Shown here: piece by piece, positions 13,664-22,028 of the stretch
How the letters are laid out: every line of letters starts with the position of its first letter
Position numbering within the stretch: position 1 is the first letter of the stretch
Assembly (NCBI GenBank): GCA_031380885.1
Contig: JANMXL010000064.1
Coordinates: 5,842 to 69,841, forward strand
Length of the DNA stretch: 64,000 nucleotides
Reading direction: 5' to 3'
Origin: Burkholderiales bacterium
Lineage (GTDB): Bacteria; Pseudomonadota; Gammaproteobacteria; Burkholderiales; Burkholderiaceae_C
Notes under the pieces: model-generated
Told to the model about the DNA's origin: nothing
Database searches by the model: none
Seen by the model: the letters and a program-made list of their open reading frames with translations, nothing else
Position numbers and translations under genes: made by a program

Positions 13664-14095
13664 GTGCGCTTCGGCCTCGACACGAATCTGCTCGTCTCGG
13701 CCGTCATCGCCGCTGGGCTGCCGCGCCGGCTGGTTGATGGCGCCAAAGCAGGAGAGTTCGAGTTTTGCACGAGCGAGGGGCTGCTGGCGGAGTTGCTCGA
13801 CGTGCTTTCGCGCAGCAAGTTCGCTGCGCGGCTCAGCCAGGCCGGCCTCACTCAGCAGGGCATCGTCGATGACTTGCGGCGCATCGCCGTCATCGTGTCT
13901 CCGGCGGACACGCCCCGGGTCGTGCCCACCGATCCCGACGACGATCACGTCATCGCCGCAGCACTCGCCGGCGCCGCCGATCTCATCGCCTCGGGCGACA
14001 AGCGCGATCTGCTGCCGATGGGCAGTTTCAACGGCATCGCCATCGTGACGGCGCGTGAGGCAGTCAAGCGGTTGGAGGCGCGGCGCGAAGGCTGA
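13664..14095 (+). CDS. PIN-domain toxin
   Basis: 'GLDTNLLVSAV', 'DPDDDHVIAAAL' and 'IASGDKRDL' supply the acidic PIN residues. GTG start. Confidence 0.8.
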   Translation: MRFGLDTNLLVSAVIAAGLPRRLVDGAKAGEFEFCTSEGLLAELLDVLSRSKFAARLSQAGLTQQGIVDDLRRIAVIVSPADTPRVVPTDPDDDHVIAAALAGAADLIASGDKRDLLPMGSFNGIAIVTAREAVKRLEARREG

Positions 14096-14134
14096 AGCGG
14101 ATCAACCAAGCGCGGGCTGCGCGGTGGTCAGTAG

Positions 14135-14350
14135 CTCACCATCAATCGACAACTCTGGGTCTGCACCGACAACCGCGAAGCGAAGACCGAGGCGCTGGCC
14201 ATGAGCCACGACACCTTCAGCCGCAACACGCGCAATCAGCTCAAGCAGGTCTTCGATGCGCTGCGCGAGCTGATGACGCCGCCCGATCCACCCAAGCGGC
14301 CGATTGGGTTCGTCACGCCAGACGAGAAGGGGAAGAAGGGTTCTGACTCG
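14135..14350 (+). pseudogene. possible C-terminal remnant of an ORF6N/KilA-N-type mobile-element protein
   Basis: '..[41 protein letters not shown]' resembles from memory the conserved tail of ORF6N-domain proteins. No N-terminal domain and no proper start. The end coordinate is arbitrary. Confidence 0.3.
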
Positions 14351-14593
14351 GGAAGAGGCAGCCGTCTGTGCGGCTCGCGCCGCTTCGACTCCATGCTCGA
14401 CGGAACGCGCGCCCTTGAGCGCCTGCCAAACCCCTGGCACCGGGCTGACAACACCCAGCGTGCTCAACGCAACGTCGGCTACTGCGGCACCGACCCCAGC
14501 GCCACCGTACACCGCGACGCCGAGCGTGCCCAGATCCGGTGTTGCCGGTGGCAACAACTGCGGAATAAGTGCAGAACAGAGTGGTGCAGCGCG

Positions 14594-15397
14594 CTAGTGC
14601 CGCTGCAGCTCGAAGGTTCGTGTGTTGACGCGCTGAAACGCACCGCGCTCGGTGCTGAAATCCCAGCGCTCGATGGCACAGCGGGCGGCATCTGCAGCCT
14701 CTTGCCGGATCACGTTCACCGAGTTGGCCACGCCGCGGCGCACCCGGCTCGACACGGCCGTGCCGGCCTGCGCGATGACGATGCGCGCGCCGTGGGCACC
14801 GGCGGGCGTCAGCTCGGCCACATAGGGCAGGTGGATGTGCCCGCCCAGCACGACATCGGCACCGGCCTCGGCCCAGCGCGCCAGTGCGGCACCGCGGCCG
14901 CGCAGCAGGTGCCGTGCCTCAGCCTCGCCTTCGACATGCAGCGGCTGGTGCACGACCACCACCCGCAGCTGTTCGGGCCGCGCGCGGCGCAGCCGCGCGG
15001 CCACGCGCTCCACCTGCGCGGCGTTGACTTCGCCTTCAATATGGCGCCACCAGCGCGTGGTCTTCACGCACTGCACCAGCAGCCCGGCGCTCTCGTGCAC
15101 CGGCTCCATCACGTCGCCGAACGCACGGCGGTAGCCGGCGTACGGCGCCAACAGCCGCGCCAAGGGGTTCACCACCGTCAGGTCATGGTTGCCGGGGATG
15201 CTGACAAAGGGCAGGGCCAGGCGATCGATGAAGCGCCGGGCGGCGGCGAACTGCGCTGTGCGCGCACGCTGGGTGATGTCGCCCGACAGCACCAGCAGAT
15301 CGGGTGACAGTTGACCTGCCAGCGTCGCCAGCGCCTCGACCACGGGCGCTTGTTCGGTGCCGAAGTGGGTGTCGGAGATGTGCAGCAGCGTCGTCAC
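14594..15397 (-). CDS. metallophosphoesterase
   Basis: 'ISDTHFG', 'GDITQ', 'GNHD' and 'GGHIH' motifs. The GTG start overlaps the upstream stop (GTGA). Confidence 0.85.
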   Translation of the reverse strand: MTTLLHISDTHFGTEQAPVVEALATLAGQLSPDLLVLSGDITQRARTAQFAAARRFIDRLALPFVSIPGNHDLTVVNPLARLLAPYAGYRRAFGDVMEPVHESAGLLVQCVKTTRWWRHIEGEVNAAQVERVAARLRRARPEQLRVVVVHQPLHVEGEAEARHLLRGRGAALARWAEAGADVVLGGHIHLPYVAELTPAGAHGARIVIAQAGTAVSSRVRRGVANSVNVIRQEAADAARCAIERWDFSTERGAFQRVNTRTFELQRH

Positions 15398-16311
15398 TGC
15401 GTCTGCTGGATGCCTGCGATGGCCCACTGGCCGCCGACGTTGGGCTTGACCAAATTCCAGACCTCGTCGAACGCCGTCACCGGGCCGTCGGCCTGCTCGC
15501 GGATCGTGCCGTGGTAGCGCACGCTGACCACCTGGCGCTCGGCCTCCTCGACGACATCGATCACCTCGGCATCGACGTGAATCACCTCGGTGTGCTGTTC
15601 GCCGTGCAGCCGGTCTTGCAGGTCGAGCTTGATCGCGGCGTACATCTCCGGCGTGGTGAACTGGCGCAGGTCGACCAGGTCGGCCGTGTCGTTGGCAGCC
15701 TGCATGCGGATGAAGGTCAGCTTGGCGATGCGTTCGAACGCCGCTTGATCGAAGCCGGGCGGCAGCATCGAAGGGGGCGCGAAGGTCTGTGCGTTGGCAG
15801 CCGCTGGCGGTGCCGCCGCAGAGGCGCTCCAACCCGAGCCCGAACTGGCGCCTGCCGCGGGAGCGTCGCCTGCAAAGCGCAGACCGTTGTAGCCCGCGGA
15901 CGATGGTCGGGCCCGTGAGCCAGCCATGCGGCTCATCACGAAACGGATCGCCACGAAGGCGACGATGCCCAGCAGCACCATCATGATCAGGTTGCCGAAT
16001 TCGGCGCCCATGCCGAAATGGCTCATCAACGCGGCAATGCCCAGCCCGGCGGCCAGACCGGCGATGGGGCCCATCCACGAGCGCTTGGGCGCTGGGGCGG
16101 CCGGCGCACCGGCGGTAGGCGGTGTCATCGGGGCGGCCTGCCCAGGCTTGGTAGGGGCCGGTGCTGGCGCCACATTCGGCGTGCTGCGCGGTGGCAGCTG
16201 GCGCTGCATGCCCGAGAAGCCACCGCCACCGAGGCGCTTGGCATCGACGTCAGAGGGGGTGAAGCCGGTCGCCAGCAGCGCCAGCGACAAAGCCAGGATC
16301 CAGGATTTCAT
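15394..16311 (-). CDS. Tim44-domain membrane protein
   Basis: Signal/TM N-terminus 'MKSWILALSLALLATG', a Pro/Ala-rich linker, then a C-terminal Tim44-like domain ending 'WAIAGIQQ'. Confidence 0.8.
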   Translation of the reverse strand: MKSWILALSLALLATGFTPSDVDAKRLGGGGFSGMQRQLPPRSTPNVAPAPAPTKPGQAAPMTPPTAGAPAAPAPKRSWMGPIAGLAAGLGIAALMSHFGMGAEFGNLIMMVLLGIVAFVAIRFVMSRMAGSRARPSSAGYNGLRFAGDAPAAGASSGSGWSASAAAPPAAANAQTFAPPSMLPPGFDQAAFERIAKLTFIRMQAANDTADLVDLRQFTTPEMYAAIKLDLQDRLHGEQHTEVIHVDAEVIDVVEEAERQVVSVRYHGTIREQADGPVTAFDEVWNLVKPNVGGQWAIAGIQQTQ

Positions 16312-16497
16312 CGGGTGCTCCTTCAATAGTGCCTCTGCGCAATGTGCGGGTCGGCGTGGTGAACACAAGAGGTGATTGTCTGCGGCCGCCGAACAGCTCG
16401 AAAAATCGGAAAAAACGCCCGATCGCTCTCACAATCGCGCTGCCGTTACCGAACGCTGCATCCTGCGGCTTTCGCTTCGGCCTGGGAGCCGCGCTCG

Positions 16498-17946
16498 ATG
16501 ACACACGCTTTGATCGTTGACGACGATGTGGATTCGGCGTCCACCCTGAAGGCGCTGATCATGGCCGAGCACTGCACCGTCGCCGTAGCCCACAACCTGC
16601 GCGATGCGCGGCGCCAAATCGTGTTGCAGCAACCGGAACTGGTGCTGCTCGATCTGCAACTGCCCGACGGCAATGGCCTGGACCTGTTCTCCGAGCCCGA
16701 GCTGCTGGCCGATTCCGAGGTGGTGCTGATCACCGGGCATGCCTCGCTGGACACCTCGATCCAGGCGCTGCGCCTTGGCGCGGCGGATTACCTGGTCAAG
16801 CCGATCAACCTTCGTCAACTGCAAGGCGTGCTGTCGCGGGTCACAAAGCCGGCGCTGTTGAAAGCCGAGGTCGAGACGCTGGCCGCGCAGGTGGCACCCA
16901 GCGGCCACTTCGGGGCGCTGTGGGGCCGCACGCCGGCGATGCTGCGGCTCTACGAGCAGATCGCCCGCGTGGCGCTGACCAGCGTCACCGTGTTTATTAC
17001 CGGCGAGAGCGGCAGCGGCAAGGAGGTGGTGGCGCAGACGGTGCATGACCTGAGCCGCCGCCGCAAGCAGCCTTTCCTCGCCGTCAACTGCGGTGCGATC
17101 TCGCCCAACCTGATCGAGAGCGAGATCTTCGGCCACGAGAAAGGCAGCTTCACCGGCGCCGACCGGCAGCACCTGGGCTTTTTCGAGCGCGCCAGCGGCG
17201 GCACGCTGTTTCTCGATGAAATCACCGAGATGCCGATGGAGCTGCAAGTCAAGCTGCTGCGCGTTCTGGAAACTGGCTGCTTCATGCGGGTGGGCTCGAC
17301 GCAGATGCAGGCGGCCGATGTGCGCGTGCTCGCCGCCACCAACCGCCGCCCGGATGAAGCGGTGGCCACCGGCAAGCTGCGCGAAGACCTGCTGTACCGG
17401 CTGAATGTGTTCCCGATCGAGCTGCCGCCGCTGCGTGATCGGCTCAGCGATGTGGGCCTGCTGGCGCAGCATTTCCTCAGCTCCTTCGGAGTGCAGGAAG
17501 GCCAGGCCAAGCACTTCAGCGCGGCTGCGCTCGAGCGGCTCGCGCAGTACCGCTGGCCGGGCAATGTGCGCGAGCTGCGCAACGCGGTGCAGCGCGCCTA
17601 TGTGATGGCTGCCGGTGACGTCATCGACGCGCAGTGGCTGCCGCAGCCGTCGCCCGCCGTTGTGGGCGCCATGGCGGGCGCCACCGCCTCGGTGACGCCG
17701 CTGCCCGCGGCGTCAGTGGCACGACGACCGGCCTCGGCATCGGACGAGGCGTTCGAACAGGAGTCGATCATGCTGCCCATCGGCACATCGCTGGCTTCGG
17801 CCGAGCGCACGCTGATCCTCGCCACCTTGCGCCACCACCATCACCAGAAGGAACGCACCGCCGCAGCGCTCGGCATCAGCCTGAAAACGCTCTACAACCG
17901 GCTCAAGGAATACGCCGCCGACGGCCTGGAGCATCCAGTGGCCTGA
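16498..17946 (+). CDS. sigma-54-dependent response regulator (REC, AAA+, Fis-type HTH)
   Basis: REC 'LIVDDD..LLDLQLPDGNG', Walker A 'GESGSGKE', sigma-54 contact loop 'GSFTGA', C-terminal HTH. No adjacent kinase. Confidence 0.9.
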   Translation: MTHALIVDDDVDSASTLKALIMAEHCTVAVAHNLRDARRQIVLQQPELVLLDLQLPDGNGLDLFSEPELLADSEVVLITGHASLDTSIQALRLGAADYLVKPINLRQLQGVLSRVTKPALLKAEVETLAAQVAPSGHFGALWGRTPAMLRLYEQIARVALTSVTVFITGESGSGKEVVAQTVHDLSRRRKQPFLAVNCGAISPNLIESEIFGHEKGSFTGADRQHLGFFERASGGTLFLDEITEMPMELQVKLLRVLETGCFMRVGSTQMQAADVRVLAATNRRPDEAVATGKLREDLLYRLNVFPIELPPLRDRLSDVGLLAQHFLSSFGVQEGQAKHFSAAALERLAQYRWPGNVRELRNAVQRAYVMAAGDVIDAQWLPQPSPAVVGAMAGATASVTPLPAASVARRPASASDEAFEQESIMLPIGTSLASAERTLILATLRHHHHQKERTAAALGISLKTLYNRLKEYAADGLEHPVA

Positions 17947-17985
17947 CGCACAGCCCGCGCAGGCAGCCGAGTGAGGTGCGTTTGC

Positions 17986-18630
17986 TCAGCCGCTCGCCGA
18001 TTGCGCGCGATCGCTGGCGGGATGGAGTCTGCTGTGGTCGGCCAGGATCAGCGGCGTCACCGCCTCCCAGCGGCTGCAGCGACTGTGCGGGGTGCGAAGC
18101 GGCGAGCGGCGCCATTCGGTCTCGCCGCCGGTGTCCAGCAGCAGCGTGCGACAGCCCGCGCGGCGGCCCGCTTCGACATCGTCGAGCGTGTCGCCGACCA
18201 TCCATGACGCTGCCAGATCGATGCGGTGTGCCCGTGCCGCACGGATCAGCATGCCCGGTGCGGGTGTGCGGCACAGGCAGGCCGGCTGGCCGTCGGGCGC
18301 CGGCGTGTGCGGGCACACCACGAAATCGGTCAGCGCGATGCCGGCCGCCTCGCCCAGCTGACGCTCCAGCGCCGCCTGCAACTGCGAGAACTGCCAGCGC
18401 GTGAAGTAGCCCAGCGACAGGCCGCTCTGGTTGGTGACCACGATCAGCGCCAGGCCAGCTGCCGCCAGCGCCGCCAGTGATTCGAGCGCGCCGGGCTGGA
18501 AGCGCAGCAGCGTCGGGTCGGCGTTGTGGGGCACGCTGTCGAGCAGCGTGCCGTCTTTGTCGATGAACACGGCTGTTCGCGCTGCAGCCGGGGGGCTGTC
18601 AACAGGGCGGATGGGCGCGGTGGCGATCAT
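17986..18630 (-). CDS. HAD-IIIA phosphatase, GmhB-like
   Basis: 'FIDKDGTLL', 'VVTNQSG' and 'CPH..(9)..CLCRTPAPGM', a GmhB-type Zn motif. Confidence 0.8.
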   Translation of the reverse strand: MIATAPIRPVDSPPAAARTAVFIDKDGTLLDSVPHNADPTLLRFQPGALESLAALAAAGLALIVVTNQSGLSLGYFTRWQFSQLQAALERQLGEAAGIALTDFVVCPHTPAPDGQPACLCRTPAPGMLIRAARAHRIDLAASWMVGDTLDDVEAGRRAGCRTLLLDTGGETEWRRSPLRTPHSRCSRWEAVTPLILADHSRLHPASDRAQSASG

Positions 18631-18668
18631 GGTGTGGGTGAGATGGGGCTGGACATGCCGCGGTGATG

Positions 18669-18682
18669 GCAAACGGCATGCC
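18669..18682 (-). promoter_or_regulatory. putative sigma-54 promoter core GGCATgccgtTTGC (minus strand), upstream of the GmhB-like gene
   Basis: Exact GG-N10-GC spacing with the TTGC -12 element. The -12 GC is 39 nt from the start codon. Confidence 0.55.
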
Positions 18683-18713
18683 GATCGCGCTCGAAGTGGG
18701 AAATGCCTCCACG

Positions 18714-18727
18714 GGCACAACGTTTGC
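18714..18727 (+). promoter_or_regulatory. putative sigma-54 promoter core GGCACaacgtTTGC, upstream of the L,D-transpeptidase gene
   Basis: Canonical GGCAC-N5-TTGC, 36 nt from the annotated TTG start. Back-to-back with the 18669 site. Confidence 0.55.
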
Positions 18728-18762
18728 CGTGAAGTGGGTCTCGTCCCGCTGCCACTCACGCC

Positions 18763-19425
18763 TTGACGCCCAACACCTGCACCGTCGATTCGATACCCCA
18801 GCGTGCGCGACGCTGGTTGATCACCGCTGTCCTGGCGTGTTTTGCCGCATCGGCCCCGGCCGCGCCGGAGGTGGCGTTGTCGAATGACGCCCAAGCCCTG
18901 GTGAAGCAGGTGGCGCTGTCGAACGATCACCAGGGTGCACCGTTCCTCGTGCTCGATAAACACCAGGCCCGCCTCTGGGTGTTCGACACCCAGGCGCGCC
19001 TGCAGGGAAGCACCCCGGTGCTGCTCGGCCTGGCGATCGGCGACGACACCGCGCCTGGCGTTGCCGAGCTGCCGCTGGCGCAGATCGCCGATGCCGCGCG
19101 CACCACGCCGGCCGGGCGCTTCGTCATCGAGCCCGGGCGCAACCTGCATGGCGACGAGATCCTGTGGATCGACTATGCCGCGGCGGTGTCGATGCACCGC
19201 GTGCGTTCGGTGAATGCGGGTGAACGTCGATTGCAACGGTTGGCGTCACCCATCCCGGCTGACAGGCGCATTTCCTATGGCTGCATCAACGTGCCGGTGG
19301 CCTTCTTCAACCGCGTGCTGACGCCGTTTCTTCAGCAGTCGCGGGCCATCGCCTACGTGCTGCCGGAAACGCGGCCGATGGAGGCGGTGTTCCCGTTCAT
19401 GGGAACGCAGGTGACTGGCCGCTGA
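18763..19425 (+). CDS. L,D-transpeptidase family protein
   Basis: YkuD-type catalytic 'SYGCINV' and signal-like 'WLITAVLACFAASAPA'. The TTG start is uncertain. Confidence 0.8.
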   Translation: MTPNTCTVDSIPQRARRWLITAVLACFAASAPAAPEVALSNDAQALVKQVALSNDHQGAPFLVLDKHQARLWVFDTQARLQGSTPVLLGLAIGDDTAPGVAELPLAQIADAARTTPAGRFVIEPGRNLHGDEILWIDYAAAVSMHRVRSVNAGERRLQRLASPIPADRRISYGCINVPVAFFNRVLTPFLQQSRAIAYVLPETRPMEAVFPFMGTQVTGR

Positions 19426-19434
19426 ATTGCCGAA

Positions 19435-19463
19435 CAGAGAAGGTGCACGCGGCACCTTCTCTG
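19435..19463. terminator. bidirectional hairpin terminator (12-bp stem)
   Basis: CAGAGAAGGTGC-acgcg-GCACCTTCTCTG between convergent genes. No long T run. Confidence 0.5.
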
Positions 19464-19469
19464 CATCGC

Positions 19470-19895
19470 TCAACCGCGGTCGCGGCGAGCGGCTCGGGTC
19501 ATTGGGGCCGGTGTTGTGGTGTCGTTCATCGAGTCGGTGGAACCGCTCGAGCCGGTGGAACCGTTGGAACGGTTGCGCATCATCTCGTCGGCCTGCATCG
19601 TGGTGCTGGTGCCGTTGGTTGTGCCAGAACGTGCATTGCCCGCAGGATCCGCCATGCCGCCTTCATTGCGCATCGTGCGGCTCGAACCGGTGCCGGTGCC
19701 GGGGGTCTGCGTGCCGGTCGCCGAGTTCGGCGTGCCGTCGGCGGGTCGGGTCTGCAGCGGGTTCGGGCTGGTGGTGGAATTCATCATGCCCGGCTTCGAG
19801 GGCGCGGTGTCGGATGCGGTCTGTGCGCCGGCCAGGCCGGTAGCAACAAGGAGGGCCGCGGCAAGGGCGGTCTTGCAATTGATGATGTGATGCAT
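19470..19895 (-). CDS. secreted low-complexity (Ser/Thr/Gly/Asn/Met-rich) protein
   Basis: Start 'MHHIINCKTALAAALLVATGLAGAQT' is a signal peptide. The rest is compositionally biased. Confidence 0.55.
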   Translation of the reverse strand: MHHIINCKTALAAALLVATGLAGAQTASDTAPSKPGMMNSTTSPNPLQTRPADGTPNSATGTQTPGTGTGSSRTMRNEGGMADPAGNARSGTTNGTSTTMQADEMMRNRSNGSTGSSGSTDSMNDTTTPAPMTRAARRDRG

Positions 19896-19972
19896 GTGTG
19901 TCTCCGTGGGGTTGAACGGGTCGCCGGTCTGCGCCGAAGATCGGGTTTGAGCAGCGTCGTGCAGCCCACCGG

Positions 19973-19986
19973 GCAAGCCGCGTTCC
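19973..19986 (-). promoter_or_regulatory. possible sigma-54-type core GGAACgcggcTTGC (minus strand)
   Basis: Correct spacing, but the -24 element is GGAAC rather than GGCAC. 78 nt upstream of the 19895 start. Confidence 0.35.
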
Positions 19987-20043
19987 TGACATCGCAACTG
20001 CCCGCCGCAGCCGCCTCCACCCACAACACGCCTGACGCGTTCA

Positions 20044-20057
20044 GGCATCCCGCTTGC
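20044..20057 (+). promoter_or_regulatory. putative sigma-54 promoter core GGCATcccgcTTGC, upstream of the GlsB/YeaQ-like gene
   Basis: GGCAT-N5-TTGC, 58 nt upstream of ATG 20115. Confidence 0.5.
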
Positions 20058-20114
20058 CCCACTCTTTCGGCAGAGCGCACGTCGCGCATCTGCGCACTTC
20101 ACAAGGACAATTTC

Positions 20115-20387
20115 ATGATCAATCTCATCGTCTGGCTCGTCATCGGCGGGCTCATCGGCTGGGTTGCCAGCATGCTGATGAAAACCGATGGACAACAGGG
20201 CATGTTCCTGAACATCGTTGTCGGCATCGTCGGCGCGGCACTTGGTGGCTGGTTCATCTCCCCACTGGTCGGCATTGCCAGCATCAACGACGGCAACTTC
20301 AGCATCGGCGCACTCGTCGTCTCGCTGATCGGCGCAGTCATCTTGCTGGCCATCGTCAACCTCTTTCGGCGCGGCTCCGCACGTTAA
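20115..20387 (+). CDS. GlsB/YeaQ/YmgE-family stress membrane protein
   Basis: 90 aa with three TM segments. 'LVIGGLIGWVASML' is typical of the family. Confidence 0.85.
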   Translation: MINLIVWLVIGGLIGWVASMLMKTDGQQGMFLNIVVGIVGAALGGWFISPLVGIASINDGNFSIGALVVSLIGAVILLAIVNLFRRGSAR

Positions 20388-20435
20388 GCGCCGCCGAGTC
20401 ACGCCCCAGCACTCATCAACCATCACCCGCGAAAG

Positions 20436-20687
20436 ATGTTGATGACAACAATGAATACCCCCGATGCCACCGACGGCCTGCGGTGCACGGTGTGGGGCAA
20501 CCCGCCGGGCGCATGGGTGACCGACTTTGCCAAGCCACCATTGGGGGTGGACTTCGACCTCGACTTGAATCCCAGTGACGATCCGAACGCAGGCTTCGTT
20601 TATGTGGAACGCGACACGGTCGATACCGAAGCTGCGGTGTTCGATGTGCTGTCTCGCGAGGTTGTGGATGGGGCCGAAGCTGACTGA
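20436..20687 (+). CDS. hypothetical acidic small protein
   Basis: ORF only. No recognisable family or strong RBS. Confidence 0.35.
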   Translation: MLMTTMNTPDATDGLRCTVWGNPPGAWVTDFAKPPLGVDFDLDLNPSDDPNAGFVYVERDTVDTEAAVFDVLSREVVDGAEAD

Positions 20688-20706
20688 GTGAGGTGGTCTT
20701 GCCGCC

Positions 20707-21987
20707 TCACTGATTCGTCGGCAACTTCGATCGGCGCTGCTTGTATGCACGCATCAGCGGCGTGGCTGACACACCGTGCAACACGATCGACAGCGCCACG
20801 CAGGCCAGCGTGGCCGAGGTGAGTGTTGTCGCGAGTGGACCGGACACACCGTGCTCCAGTGCGAACACCAGGTAGAACAGCGAGCCGATGCCGCGGATGC
20901 CGAACCAGCCGACCAGCCGGCGTTGGGCCTGCGGCATGTCGGTGCGGCGCACCACCGCCATCACCGACGCAGGTCGCACCCCAATCAGCAGCAACAGCGC
21001 GAAGCCCAGTTCGCGCCAACCGACGCCCACGCTGGCGAGCGCAGCGCCCACCGCCAGCACCAACGCCGCTTCGATCAAGCGTTCAATGCGCCCGCCGAAG
21101 GCATGCAATCGTTCGGTCAGGCGATCACCGGCTGATCCCGCTGGTGCGTCGCGCAGCGGCAGCAACAGGGTGGTGCCGGCTGCGAAGGCGACGATGAAAC
21201 TCGACGCGTTCAATGCGCGTGCCAGGCCGTATGACAGCACCACCACACCGACGTAGATGAACTCGTCGCGCAGCACGCGGTCGCCGTGCAGCAGAAGGCG
21301 TTTGAGCGCCAGCCCGATCAGCCAGCCCAACGCGCTCCCGACCACCGCACCGCCCGCGATGGGCCATGTGAAATCCGCCCACCACCAACGCGCGCCGCCT
21401 TCGCCCAGGCCATGCAAACCGAGCAGGCCGAGTGCCAGCATGACGCCCGGCAGCGCACCGCCGTCGTTCATGCCACCTTCTGCGGTCAGCGACAAACGCA
21501 CCGCATCGCGGTCTTCGCTGGATTCGATCTGCACATCGGACGCGAGCACGGGGTCGGTCGGCGCCACCACGCTGGCCAGCAGCAGCGCGGCGGGCCAGGG
21601 CAGGCCCAGCACCAGATGAGCGGCCAGCATCGCCAGCACGATCGTCACCACCATGCCGGGCCCGGCCAGCAGCAGGGCGACGCGCCATGCCTTGAAGGTC
21701 GGTGGCAGCGCCAGGCGCAACCCCACGGCAAAGAGTGACACCAGCACCGCCAGTTCGGTGACGAAAACGCCTGACGCTGCATGCTGCGTCAGCGTCTCGA
21801 TCCCCGGCCCGCCCAGCCACGTGGCGCCTGCCCAGCCGACCACCATGTAGATCAATGCTGGCGACATGGGCCACGGTCTGACGCTTCGCTCTGACAGCGC
21901 CAGCAGAAGCAGCACGCCGCCCAGCAGCAACAGCGCAGCGGTCAGCACTGGGCGTCCTCCGAATTGACGGGGCTGGCAGGGCCGCAA
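20707..21987 (-). CDS. cation:proton antiporter (CPA1-like Na+/H+ exchanger family)
   Basis: 426 aa, polytopic. 42 nt downstream of the hybrid kinase, so probably co-transcribed. Confidence 0.8.
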   Translation of the reverse strand: MRPCQPRQFGGRPVLTAALLLLGGVLLLLALSERSVRPWPMSPALIYMVVGWAGATWLGGPGIETLTQHAASGVFVTELAVLVSLFAVGLRLALPPTFKAWRVALLLAGPGMVVTIVLAMLAAHLVLGLPWPAALLLASVVAPTDPVLASDVQIESSEDRDAVRLSLTAEGGMNDGGALPGVMLALGLLGLHGLGEGGARWWWADFTWPIAGGAVVGSALGWLIGLALKRLLLHGDRVLRDEFIYVGVVVLSYGLARALNASSFIVAFAAGTTLLLPLRDAPAGSAGDRLTERLHAFGGRIERLIEAALVLAVGAALASVGVGWRELGFALLLLIGVRPASVMAVVRRTDMPQAQRRLVGWFGIRGIGSLFYLVFALEHGVSGPLATTLTSATLACVALSIVLHGVSATPLMRAYKQRRSKLPTNQ

Positions 21988-22028
21988 AATGTCAACGTCG
22001 ACTGCAGCAGCATGTCTTGCAGCAGGCC

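Noticed and set aside
14102-14557. 151-aa minus-strand ORF in the debris region
   Set aside because: It has no recognisable family. It overlaps the plus-strand ORF6N-like tail, and I could not find a plausible start or RBS. I treated it as part of a decayed patch rather than as a gene.
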